A stretch of DNA of 62,651 nt, the filler included, from Asterionella formosa (lineage: Eukaryota), in the NCBI GenBank assembly GCA_002256025.1. It is 2 parts of 2 records of this genome, joined end to end, with 100 filler letters (N's around TTAATTAATTAA, not from the genome) between each part and the next. Parts side by side here need not be neighbours in the genome. Positions count along the whole stretch, not along the records: positions 1 to 31,290 come from NKIB01000722.1; positions 31,391 to 62,651 come from NKIB01000728.1. One strand, given 5' to 3'. This document shows positions 21,531 through 32,927 of this stretch, piece by piece. Position numbers and translations under genes: made by a program. Within the stretch, counting starts at the first letter, position 1, and every line of letters starts with the position of its first letter. The notes under the pieces are model-generated. The model was not told the origin of the DNA. It searched no databases and saw nothing but the letters and a program-made list of their open reading frames with translations.

Positions 21531-24207
21531 GATCACTGATTTCCTAGCACAGCTGGATCGAGCGAATGGAGGTGGCGGTGGAGGTGGAGTGAAGTGTGGG
21601 GTCAACGGTACACTATACAACTGCTGCCAGTAAGGATGATTGGATCTACTTGCGACGACTGCAATCTTGTTTGAAAGGGAGACACAACTGAGCTGAAGTG
21701 GCTGATTCTACGATGTGACGCTGCTGCCACGCTGATTGGTGCAAGCAGTGTCTGATGCCGGTCGTGATGATACCGTTTTGATACGTATGTAGAATCATCC
21801 TGATGAAGCAACCGTTGAATTCTCGTGCGGATTCTCTAGCGGTACCAGGTACTTACTGCCTACATATGAGTACTATCGTCAAAAAACCTTTTAACATGGA
21901 TAGAATCGACACAGCCGAATCTGTTTTGGGTGGTACTGGTACCAGGGTACTCCGTAGCTTTTGCCGCGCTCACGTATCTGTTGTTTATGCTCGCTCCCTG
22001 TGTCGGAATTCCGGTATTGAAAACAGAACAATAACATCGGGTAAACAACAGTTATTATTCGTGGATTACCGGTAGCAATGGACCGCACAAGGGCAATCCA
22101 TTTCTCAATCACCATGTACACATTGAGAATATTTGTGTACCAGGTACCTGGTACCAGGAACTGCTCTGACCAATTGAATCCAGAATTACATAACTCGTTT
22201 TGCTATCAAAACTTGAAAAATAAACGTAAATTCTGAGAGCTCTGGCTCCTTCCCAGGCATGTAGGCCACAGTTGTCAGCTGTGAACCAGGCGGTAATTGC
22301 TTTGGCTGAGATTTGCATTCAGTTGTTCAAATTGATAGATTGCCTGGAATACCGGTAGTCGATCAATGAATAAATCAGGATGAACACAAGTTAGGGTAAG
22401 TTTAGAAGTTTCCTTATCATATGATATTCGATGATTGATAAGAAAATTTCGAAATTGATTTGAACCTTAACCTCATTGCAAGTATATTCATTTTGAATCG
22501 GTATTTACTTCTACCACAGAGGCAGCAAATTATTTAGGTGCACAGCATTATCATGCACATGCATCATACATGGTTACTGGTGTGGAGTACATAAATGGTG
22601 CAAAGTCAAAGTTGTGTAATAACATGCATGCATCACAAATGCTTTAACACATGGCCTAATCCGTCCTCAAAAAAGTACATACATTTATTTTCATCACTTT
22701 TTTAATGTTAAATTATGATGATGAATGATCTTAAATCTCTTTAAAAATCTTTGACTTTAAACTTAATTTTACATTTATTTTTCCTATGAAAATTCGGGCA
22801 AGCTATAAACAGACAATTTGATTCTGGTCAATTTTGCTTGCATGGAAATTGTAGAGCAATACAATCATTTGGAGGATTAGTTTTCTTTGACCTTACTCTT
22901 CATAATGAAATTTATCCATGATCCTACTAAGAAAAGACCCTAAGCACACTTCATTCCTAGAAGTTGTTTGACAGTTTATTAAAACATGAGAATCGAATTT
23001 TTCCATCAGGAGAAAAAAGCTTGTCACATAGTGTTCATGAGTCTTGTACCCGCCCATTTTAGACATTTCTCTTCTGCATTTCATTTTCAGCTTATTGCAG
23101 GGTCAGTTTTCGAACCACCATCCATTGATCCCCAACAATTCTTTATTTGGAGAGGGAATTTCCAATAAATCAAGGATGAGAATAAAGTGGTTTTGTCTGT
23201 AGTAGGTAGTCTCACAATGCATGGCGACTTCTGTAGCAGTCCGTTTTTCAATCATCTACATCAAACAAACCTCAACCAAAGCAACACTCAAGGATGAACT
23301 TCCACTTTATCCAAAAATTATCTGAAGAGTCATGAGTTGTGATCCATTCCAGCAGCCCAAGCAAGTGTTAAACAACTGATGGAACACATGAGCCTGAGCC
23401 GACTTTTTTGCTGTGGAATTTCTGGCAATGGAATCTGTACTTTTCCTACAAGAAGTTAAGGGATGAAAACAAGCAAGGCTGGAATACCTGATGTAGGAGC
23501 TGGAAGTTGCATGGTGGTTTAGCCCTGTTTACAATTTGATGTGAGGATCATCACGCTTGCTGTTAAGGTCCTGAATGGACTTGACAGTAGGTGCTGTAGC
23601 AGTAGTGCCTTGCACCAGATTTTGACACTCCCTTTTCTGACCTCATCAACTGTCAAACTTTCTCGAATAGATGGCATCCTGTTAACTGGCAGATCACATG
23701 CTGCTGCTAATCGTAGCAACATGATGATCATGTCGTCATCATCAACCAGCAGCAACAGGATGAGATGAGAGGAAAGCCAAGCAATATGGTCTGTGACCAA
23801 TGTCTGCACCACCATGAAAATGTTACACACATATACCGGAAAAAGAGGACGAGACTTTGGTATAATTAATTAAGCTGTTAAAAGTTACTAGAGGTAAAAT
23901 TTTTATTTCATGCCAGATAAGTACAAAATCTACTTAAAATATTTGGTGTATCCGAGCACAACGACGATATTATTTCTCAAATCACCAAATAAATTGTATT
24001 TTTAACATTTTGGGCTCATATCGACACAAATCATTACCGCATAGGAATTTGCTTCGCTTCAGAGCGCGCCCACTACTGCAAATCATTAGATACTACTGGT
24101 GTCGGAACAGACGACAAGATGCTTGATGATGAACAAGGGGGTGTTTGGAAAACAGGGAAAGAAAAATCGACAGCAAAAGAAAAAAATAGTTCACGGCGGC
24201 CGCTGCG

Positions 24208-25812
24208 ATGGAGATGAGTGCACAGCCGTCAAATCAAAAGCAGCAATCTCATGCTCAGGGCCTGTCACAATCTACACCATTAGTGACAGTTGCCAATGTG
24301 CATCAAGGAATTCGGCCAATCGCTGGAGGTCTAACGAACGTTGGCATGGATCATCCCCTTGCCCAGGCCTCTGTGGCAGCAGCGCCGCCCTTGTCACCTC
24401 TGCCGCGTCCACCTCCTCAACCAACCATGGATTTACCGTCCCCGGGCTCTTCTAGGCCATCGAAAGCGTCTGCTCTTCCATTGTCTCCTGTACATACAGC
24501 GACCGAGAGCACTCAGGGAACTGGACTATCCCCAGGCGCAAAATCGTTGGACGCACTCGCTGATCAGTTCCTATCAGCACCGAGCTATCGAACATCGGCA
24601 CTTCATCTGCTACCCATTCTCAAGCCCCCTGCACTTCCTCATTCAGACTCTGCTATTGGAAAAATGCGATTGCTCGCGGAACGCCGGGCTTGGGGAGACG
24701 TTTTGCAGGTAGCTGGAGACTTGCTCCGATCGCCTACTTCCATGTATGCTCCCATCTATACCAGTCTCGTTCAAAATACTACGTATGAAATCGAAGGAGA
24801 CCCTGATTTAACACAGTTGCAGTCAGAAACAGTTGAATTATTGACTCTCGAATGTCATGCTTGGCTCAAATTGCGACGATTTTCTGACCTTGGACGCGAA
24901 GTCGATCGATGGGAGTTCATCGTGGACTCTTTGAATGCTCCTGTTTGGATTCCACCCTCTCTTTACATACTTGCCGCGGAGTCTCTTCAATACACTGATC
25001 CTCAAAAATCCACCAAGTGCTGTGATAGTTTGTACAAGCTGAGACAGACCTTCCATGATCAGCCTCAATGGCTGGCTTCCATCAACAACGCCCTTAGCAA
25101 TGCATTTGTTCGGCAAGCAGAATGGAGGCTAGCGTTGGTCAGTTTGGAAGATATGAGAGCGAATGCTGGAGGCGTGGTTGACTGGGAATTGAGTCAAGAT
25201 GCTACACTTGCTCCTCACCGAGATGAACTGGTTGCCGCCTTTGAAGCTGAGGTGTTGACACGCCAAGGTCGCATCCTATTGCAAGTTGGCGCGCTTCCTG
25301 AAGCGTGGAAGTTGTTCGATGAAGCCAATACCCTCGGGTATTCAGTATCACCTCTAAAACATTACCTAGCTCAGCGACTACCTGGCCAACTGATGCTCAA
25401 CAATGGACTCATGGAATTTGCTCGTCGCCAGCTTGATAATTCAATGACAGCATTCAAGTCTGCTATTGATTTGCTTCGTGAGTATCACGATGAGGGATTG
25501 TATGACCTACGACTCTTTACTGGCCCTTTTTGCACTGAATCGAATGCATCCTTGCTGAGTAGTTGCTGGAACAACTTGGGTCTAGCAGCACTCTACACGT
25601 GTCGAATGAAGGAAGCTGTTCGCATGATGGAATCATTGGTACGGGAGAATCCAACTTTGTATTTGACCGAGCGCCTAGCCTTTAACTTATGCACATTGTA
25701 TGAGCTTGGAGCTGACACGGCGATAAGTGCAAGAAAGAAACGAGTGCTGCAATTGGTCGCCAAGCGCTTTTACTTGCACGACATTGGACCAGAGTCCTTC
25801 CGAGTGGGCTAG
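24208..25812 (+). CDS. TRAPPC12: Trafficking protein particle complex subunit 12-like TPR protein
   Basis: C-terminus WNNLGLAALY...MESLVRENP...LAFNLCTLYEL...KKRVL matches the TRAPPC12/TTC15 pattern; TPR-like helices. Confidence 0.8.
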   Translation: MEMSAQPSNQKQQSHAQGLSQSTPLVTVANVHQGIRPIAGGLTNVGMDHPLAQASVAAAPPLSPLPRPPPQPTMDLPSPGSSRPSKASALPLSPVHTATESTQGTGLSPGAKSLDALADQFLSAPSYRTSALHLLPILKPPALPHSDSAIGKMRLLAERRAWGDVLQVAGDLLRSPTSMYAPIYTSLVQNTTYEIEGDPDLTQLQSETVELLTLECHAWLKLRRFSDLGREVDRWEFIVDSLNAPVWIPPSLYILAAESLQYTDPQKSTKCCDSLYKLRQTFHDQPQWLASINNALSNAFVRQAEWRLALVSLEDMRANAGGVVDWELSQDATLAPHRDELVAAFEAEVLTRQGRILLQVGALPEAWKLFDEANTLGYSVSPLKHYLAQRLPGQLMLNNGLMEFARRQLDNSMTAFKSAIDLLREYHDEGLYDLRLFTGPFCTESNASLLSSCWNNLGLAALYTCRMKEAVRMMESLVRENPTLYLTERLAFNLCTLYELGADTAISARKKRVLQLVAKRFYLHDIGPESFRVG

Positions 25813-26607
25813 ATAGATATCGTTTAGAATACTCATGTTATGTTATGTCATTTACTGTATTATTATTGTTATTTGTACAACCATCACTGTCTTGTAACTG
25901 AATAGCAATAGGAAGGAAGCACAACATTTTGTTTCATTAAATAATCCAGTTTACTGGTAGTTGATGTTATAATGCTTACAAGCTACCGATAATTATGCCT
26001 GGTGTCGGAATGCAGAGGTTGGATGTTAGAAAATACTCCACATTATTCCGTTATTGTAGCTAGGATATATTTTATACAGTACGAATGATGAAGAGGATCA
26101 TATTTTACGTACGACCATGTCAGTAAGTACCTGATGGTACGAGTATCGGCGGTATGAGAAAGTCCATCACAAAAGACCCCGGAAACTCGATCGTGACGAA
26201 TCAAGCACGCCTGCCTGTCTGTCTGATGATGATTATTTGCGTGATCCCAACTTTCGTCACGATTCTTTGCCTCGCGCGCATAAAATATCACGCGGACGGT
26301 CATATCATGGCTGTCTGGTAATTAATAATCCTGAACATACCGGTACTTACCATCATTCTACATAGAGTACATACTAAACAGGCCTAGGTACCTGGTAGTA
26401 AGGACTGTACCAGGTACCCTTACTTACATATGACGACATGCATGGTACTGGCCAGCATTCTTATTCATATAGGTAGGGTACAGGTAAGTGGCTGTTCGCC
26501 AGGACGCACATCATCATGTCCTGATTGATGGTTCAATGAACAACGTGCTTGTTCCCAACCCTCGATCACCCTTAGCAATTTGCAGACCTAATATATGAAG
26601 TGAAACA

Positions 26608-27799
26608 ATGAAGGTGAATACCGGCACTCTAGTATTCTGCATTACTTTTGCGGTTGTCTCGTCGGCATTTGGATTTCATTCGCCAACAAGATGCGCTTAC
26701 CAAAGAAAGTCATGTCACCACCTCCCCGCTTATTCTGAAGGAGAATCCAACGAATTCTCAACCTCAAGGCGATCTATGGTGCAGACTCTTTCGCTAATAC
26801 CAATTTTCAGGCCCGATTCAGCCTTTGGTGCCCCGCCAATGACACTAGGAGAATCAGACGGACTTGGCGCCAGAGCCGAGCGAGCAATGAGGGCGAAACC
26901 ACCGAAAGTGTTGCGAACCAAACTTAGCCAGGATTTTGCAGTTTTGCTAATGAGAGCATCCTACAACGCGCTCGATCAAATAGATTGTATTGCAATGGTA
27001 CGCGTCAACATAGGGCTGACCGGGTGGACCATCATACAACGCGTCATAATCTCTCACCTTTTTCCGTCACTGCCTCCGCCCTCGTGTTCAGGATCAGTTC
27101 CAACGAGACTTTTTCTTTGTCCGTCAAGCTGAGTATTTGCCATACATTAGCATCCTTGGACCAGGCTTGGTTCAGCAAGGTGACCTGCAAGACCCTTATT
27201 ACTTCGATTTTATTTCATTTGCTCAATATGCATGTATATCAAGAGCTATTAATCAGGAACCTCCTGCTGTTTTTGAGGAGCAACAGCCTCAGGAACCTCA
27301 AGACGAGGACAAGCCAACAGTATTTGTTGCAAAATTAGTCAAAAGGGACCGACAATTGACAAATGATCGACTCGCACCAGAGCACAGCAAAATTGTTGGC
27401 GAAGCAATTCTCGATAGACTAGACGAGACCTTCCGGAACACAACCAGCGCAATTCCTGTTATTGCGCCAAACAGTAGACCAGGACCTGAAACAATCATCA
27501 TTGCCCTGCAGCAGCTGGTAAAACTATTTTTGTTGAATGGATTTGCTTGGGATGGAGATGCAAGTATCGAGAGGAATGGACAGGGTCCAACTGCGTCAGG
27601 GACACAATTTTCTATAACACTTGGAACTCCCGCGACACTGTGGTCAGGAAAAGCACTGCAATTCAGGAGAGCAAACCCAACTAACTCGTTTATTTTGAAG
27701 GCAGCCACCGAGCTGATTCGACGAGCCGGTTACGAAATAGCTAGTTCGTCGGTGAGCTATGACGGAAATCAAGAAATCTCAACGCTAACTTTGGTATGA
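26608..27799 (+). CDS. Hypothetical plastid-targeted protein (possibly thylakoid lumen); exons 26608-26997 and 27092-27799
   Basis: Signal peptide with SSA-F cleavage motif, then SRRSM...SAFG twin-arginine-like segment; 94-nt GT-AG intron joins CIAM to DQFQRDFF in frame. Confidence 0.8.
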
Positions 27800-27893
27800 A
27801 TACCCTTAACATCAGACCAATTTATGACCCTTCCTTCATCGAGTCGTAGCAAGTAGCTGGGATATAGAGACTCGGCTAGAGCAATTGAATTTA

Positions 27894-30131
27894 TTAGGTT
27901 TTATGGAGAACGAAAGCCTTTCCTGTCGCACGTTGAGTTGCCTTGAGAGCACCAAGCGACCCACTGCCAGCTTTGCCTTCTCCAACTTGCCGTGATGCCA
28001 ATCTCGCTTCTGCTTGCTCGCGTTCCACTTGACGAAGTTTTCGTTCTTGGTTCTTCTTGTTCGATCCATGACCATGGAACTGATAGCAAAGGTTCCGATA
28101 AGCCTCTTTTCGAGTCAACAATCGTCCATGCTCATCGCGGTATTCGAGTTTGATTTCACGGTTGGCAAACTCGCGATCTTTCTCTGTTGCGCGAGCTCCA
28201 AGTTGTACAACCTTTTTGAGGTCAAGATTTTCATAGTCTTCATAGGTTCGCTCATCTTTGGCGCGACCCCTCATTTCTTCCTTTGCATTCTTCCCAACAA
28301 TCTCGCCAGTGTGCTTAAGCATTGACAACACGTTTGAGAGGCCACGACCAACCGGGATAACGCTCGCCGTGGTTCCGTCGAATCCCGCTCCGTCGAAACC
28401 AGCTTCTTCATCCTTGATATCCTTTGCAAGTTCCTCCATATTTGACTCTTCTTCCATAGGTACATCCTCAATACCATTTTCAGGAGGGGCTAGATCCTCT
28501 GGTTTGTATGATCCCACCAAAGCACTCTTTGAAGCCTTCTTGGCGTTTTGCCTTTCAACTTGCTCTTCTTTCATACGAAGGGCTCTGGTGAACTCCCTTG
28601 TCTCATCGATGGCAAAGGTGATACTATTATTAATCACCACTGGTCTTTGGTTCTTATTGGCAGCCAGCACTGCCTCGGCAATAGCGTCCGCACCTCGGGC
28701 CATAGGTGCCGATATTTCCTTGAGCTTCCGTAAACGTCGCGCTTTAGCCAAAGCAGCGTTCAAAAATGCGTCGTCAGGTTCTTCGTCGTCCAAGTCGGCG
28801 ACAAGGGCCTGTTTGCCATCGACCTTAAAGGCCGCGGCAGCCCGAGCGTTACCCTTTGCCATGACTTTATCATATTTTGCTCTCTTTTCGGTATTTTCTG
28901 GTTGAATAGAAGGCCTATCAGCCTCCTCGTCTTCATCGTCTTGTGGTCGACGACGTTTTCTCTTAGAATTTCCTTCCATTGCCGTTGCCTCTAATGCAGC
29001 CAAGAGTCCCTTGCCTGATTGCTTGAATAAAACTGGAATCTCGTCGACATCATCGTCATCTACTTCTTTTTTTCTCTTATTTTTGCTTTTTTCTTTCTTA
29101 GCTGATTTGCTTTTGGATTTAAATGTCATATCCTTCTTTCTCTTTTTGGCCAACGTTGCTTCGTATTCTTCTACAGTCAAAAAGTCCGACACAGTTGTGT
29201 CATGAGCAGACGGTTCCAGAGATATTGCCTTCCCCTGTAGAAACGAAAACATGTCATTTTTTGATGTATCTTCTTTAATTGCTTGGCCAATCTGAAATCC
29301 ACGACTTTGAGTGTTGTTTTCGGGATAATTTGGTCCGCCAACTCTACCCCGGGACATCTTACTTGGCGCAGAAACGCCACCAAGTTCTTCGAATTCATCA
29401 TCGTCGTATCCAGCATACCCTCCCGCCCTTCCCATTCCTAGTTCCACTTGTCGCTTCTGAAATATACCATCACGTTGTTGCTGGGCATTACTGAGTTCGA
29501 TATTTTCCAGTTCATTGGCCGCATCGTTCAGCCCTACAACTCTATTGGAACCCTCTTTGATTTCGAGAAGTGACGAATCAGCCAAGGTTAGAACGACGGT
29601 GGATCCAGCTTCGAAGTCTGAGAATGCATGAGAAACGTTCATCCCTTCTAAGTCTTTTTCTGAGTAGGGTATTGTTGACTTCGCTCTATCATCCGGTAGT
29701 GCCTTCTTTGCTTGTTTCTGGCTGTCGGAAAGTCTCATTTTCATAGCCCAACTCAACGCATCAGAGCCTTCGTTTCCCAATCCACTTCCGGAGTATTTTT
29801 CTTGAATATTTCTTCGAACTTCCCGTTCCAGCTTTGCTCGTTCAAGGCGAGCTTGCAGTTCTTTCTCAATCCCGTCATTTTCAGCCGGTTTATGGAAGGC
29901 TTCACTGGCTGTTTTACCACTTTGAGTCCCATCCGATACTTTCAGAGGTTTCAAGCCTAGCTTCTCACGCAAGTCATTTGTCGCTTCAACACTGAGCTCG
30001 AGAACTTCAGACGATTTGGATGGCTCAGGGACAGATAGCGATGCAACAACGCCTCGAAGCGCTGACAGTCCCAATTTCGCGCGAAGCTTGTTGGTTTCTT
30101 CCACAGAGAGCTCAATGACTTTGTCTGTCAT
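27894..30131 (-). CDS. SART1: U4/U6.U5 tri-snRNP-associated protein 1 (SART1/Snu66)
   Basis: Two HIND motifs (LSVEETNKLRAKLGL, LSVEATNDLREKLGLKPL); C-terminal LEYRDEHGRLLTRKEAYRNLCYQFHG. Confidence 0.96.
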   Translation of the reverse strand: MTDKVIELSVEETNKLRAKLGLSALRGVVASLSVPEPSKSSEVLELSVEATNDLREKLGLKPLKVSDGTQSGKTASEAFHKPAENDGIEKELQARLERAKLEREVRRNIQEKYSGSGLGNEGSDALSWAMKMRLSDSQKQAKKALPDDRAKSTIPYSEKDLEGMNVSHAFSDFEAGSTVVLTLADSSLLEIKEGSNRVVGLNDAANELENIELSNAQQQRDGIFQKRQVELGMGRAGGYAGYDDDEFEELGGVSAPSKMSRGRVGGPNYPENNTQSRGFQIGQAIKEDTSKNDMFSFLQGKAISLEPSAHDTTVSDFLTVEEYEATLAKKRKKDMTFKSKSKSAKKEKSKNKRKKEVDDDDVDEIPVLFKQSGKGLLAALEATAMEGNSKRKRRRPQDDEDEEADRPSIQPENTEKRAKYDKVMAKGNARAAAAFKVDGKQALVADLDDEEPDDAFLNAALAKARRLRKLKEISAPMARGADAIAEAVLAANKNQRPVVINNSITFAIDETREFTRALRMKEEQVERQNAKKASKSALVGSYKPEDLAPPENGIEDVPMEEESNMEELAKDIKDEEAGFDGAGFDGTTASVIPVGRGLSNVLSMLKHTGEIVGKNAKEEMRGRAKDERTYEDYENLDLKKVVQLGARATEKDREFANREIKLEYRDEHGRLLTRKEAYRNLCYQFHGHGSNKKNQERKLRQVEREQAEARLASRQVGEGKAGSGSLGALKATQRATGKAFVLHKT

Positions 30132-30710
30132 TGTGCTGGGTTCTGGGGAGAGCGCAGCTCGTTAGATAAGAATTTGAGGAACAGAAAGTAACGCAAATAA
30201 TGTAGATGATGATAGAATCAGCCATTCGGGTTTTGCAATAATTGGTTGCCGGTAACAATAGACTAGTCTACCCTGGGCTTCTATGTATGTAGACTAGTCA
30301 TAATTTTGAGGGTACTTCGTACCGGTATTATATTTTATACGATAGGCTCGAATCGACTCCTCATTTTTAATTTGAAATGCCTGTATAAATAAGAATATTA
30401 TAGTCCAATCATATCTGGCTGTCGCGAGGTACATAGTACCTGGTACCAGTACCGGTAGACCATCCAGATTTTTTTGTTTGCTTTGCTGGACAGCAAGCAA
30501 CAACAAATCAATAACTTATTCATTGCCAACTATGTTAGCATATCATCGTGGCTTTACGAACCACAGGGAGATTTTACCTGTTTATTAGGTAAGAACGGTA
30601 TATATACCGTTATTGCTCAAGGTTTGTTATATATACAGTGGGCGCGCTCTGATAATAAAAAATTAATATATCATGTGTATTATAACACAAATCGTTGTAC
30701 CCATAACCCC

Positions 30711-30773
30711 AAAATTTGTGTTTGTGTTGACCAAATTTGGTTACCAAATTTGGTCAACACAAACACAAATTTT
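30711..30773. repeat. Perfect 31-bp inverted repeat with 1-nt spacer
   Basis: aaaatttgtgtttgtgttgaccaaatttggt-t-accaaatttggtcaacacaaacacaaatttt. Confidence 0.95.
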
Positions 30774-31290
30774 TTACAGTTATAAATAACAGTGCATTAT
30801 ATAAAAAGATGTTTAGACATGAATGACTATATAGAATTTCCCGGAATATTTCAAGACTTGCTTGCTCATACTCAAAATGGCTTGCTCTTGCCAAAATAGG
30901 TATGCATATACATATGCATATCGTTACATATCAATCAACCTCCTCAATAAATCGATCGTCATCGCTTTTAGATTTCGGCCATGTCTTCATCTTCTTCTGG
31001 TCAAAGGAGAGCAGCCAGGGAGGGCTTCCCTTCCTCTCCAAGGCTGCTTGAATGTCGCCGTCACCAGCAACAAGAACAACAAGAACAGACTCAACCAGAA
31101 GAAGAGGAGGAGGACAACGACAAGAATGAAGATGACACTGGTGCTGATGAGTTTGCCAGTGACGATGAGGACAGTAGGATGGGTGTCCCAGGTGTTTCTC
31201 AGATTGGTGTTTCTGGGGTTACTCAGTCCCCATCAAGGAAAAACAACGATTTTTCACGTGCTCCTACTAGTTCAGTTTCAAGAACAGCAA

Positions 31291-31390
31291 NNNNNNNNNN
31301 NNNNNNNNNNNNNNNNNNNNNNNNNNNNNNNNNNTTAATTAATTAANNNNNNNNNNNNNNNNNNNNNNNNNNNNNNNNNNNNNNNNNNNN
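31291..31390. other. Artificial contig-joining linker (N44-TTAATTAATTAA-N44)
   Basis: Symmetric 100-nt spacer with stop codons in all six frames. Confidence 0.95.
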
Positions 31391-32456
31391 ACAACGACAA
31401 CAATTATCTAGTAGTACAATGTCTTCAAAAAACCATTAAGAGGTTCACGTGTTTGCAATTCACACTGTGCCCGAAGACTGAGTTGAAATTTGGTCACACC
31501 AGATTTGTCTCCTGTTAAAAATGGTTCTCCACGGCTTGTCCAGCCTATAAAATACACGGGAGCAAGAAAATAACTCCAGACTCGGTATCCATGGCTTCCC
31601 CTGTCAATGTCCTTTGACTGCGCAAAACGATAAAGCGTCAACGCCCACCTAATAAAGTCATCAATATCCATAGTCTGGAAGTTAGCTATATTCTGTTAGA
31701 CCTCGAAAATTGCCAAACGTCTGATATTGCCCATCATTAAGATATATTTTGTATATTTCATATGTTATCATTTTGGCAAGACAACAGACGCCAATTGCCC
31801 CTCGATTTTCCAGCCCTGGGATTGCCGAAATTGGCAAGGGGTCTACTTAGGGAAACCATTTTATATACTCTACAGATTTTAGTAGTTTATATCTAGAATT
31901 CACCTCGTTTTTGCTTGTGTCCTGAAAAGTGGACTCCGGTAATTCACCTTCCACAATGCTAATTGACCGGTTTGAAGCAAAATTAGTTCAGCGATGACGC
32001 CAGTAGCGATTCATTGTATAAGAAATGCGGTTGGTTGTTGGATTGCTTGTCTTTTCAAGGGATTCATGAAGTCGCATCATCCATATTTCGTCGGACAAAC
32101 GATGATATCGATACATCTGATGTTGGTGGCAAGTTTTTGCTCCGGTCATGCATCTGGCTGATGATACTGGATGCTCGACCGTTACCAGGGTACCGGTACT
32201 GATATTCGGGAACTGATCAGAAAGTACTAGGCATTAGAATACGAAAATGATCACATGACTACGACATATACTAGCTGTGCAAATACGTTGGCTTTGGCTG
32301 TCACTACTGAGGCATATCTACTATCACTCCCCCAGCACGTCATAGGCAACAGAATACGAAAATGATCACGTGACTACAACAAATACCTGTAATTCGCGTA
32401 GATTACTTCCATGGTTTGAGGACTAGATTGGTACCAGCAGCTCATGTACCGGTAAG

Positions 32457-32916
32457 TTAAATTCTTCTGCAGTCTGACTGCAATGCTGCTCTTTCTAGAC
32501 AAGCTCAGTGTATTAAAACCTTCTGTTCTAATCCCACCTTATTGTGAGCTTATTTGATCTATCTTGTAATCGTTCACATGACCAATTATTAAGGTTCTCT
32601 TCCCAAATTTGTATACAGATATTCATTGTTTTGTTAGACATACAATTCTCAACTGACAACTCAACTCCACTCACTTAGTAGAACAATCGTGAATATTCAA
32701 TGCTATCTGCATTGCATATATACCTTTCCTTCATTGAAATATTGATTACTTAGAACATTCTCCATTCGAATATTTACCTTGGTTTGCTGATATAGTTCTT
32801 GGCAATCAATGCTGTTCAAATTCTCACAGCGTTTCAATATGGGATTTTGGCTGGAATATTATTCAAGATTGATTAGTTCGACTGAACTAATATGCACGCA
32901 GTACTAGATCTTGACA
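32457..32916 (-). repeat. 3' LTR of the minus-strand Copia
   Basis: About 7 substitutions and 1 indel versus 37166-37626 by eye. Confidence 0.95.
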
Positions 32917-32927
32917 TCCTCCCTGTT

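Noticed and set aside
21531..21620. Poly-Pro N-terminal extension of the AhpC-like ORF
   Set aside because: Depends on a non-ATG start; ATG at 21530 is more plausible.
22300..23900. Possible LINE relic here and at 47030-47500
   Set aside because: Only isolated, ambiguous peptides; too degraded to call by eye.
28258..28905. 215-aa ORF and similar overlapping ORFs inside BOP1, HSF, HMG and TRAPPC12
   Set aside because: Antisense or off-frame shadows of well-supported genes.
29950..30120. Duplicated N-terminal motif in SART1
   Set aside because: Tandem HIND motifs are already known in Snu66 proteins.
31291..31390. Palindromic TTAATTAATTAA within Ns
   Set aside because: Artificial six-frame-stop linker, not biological.
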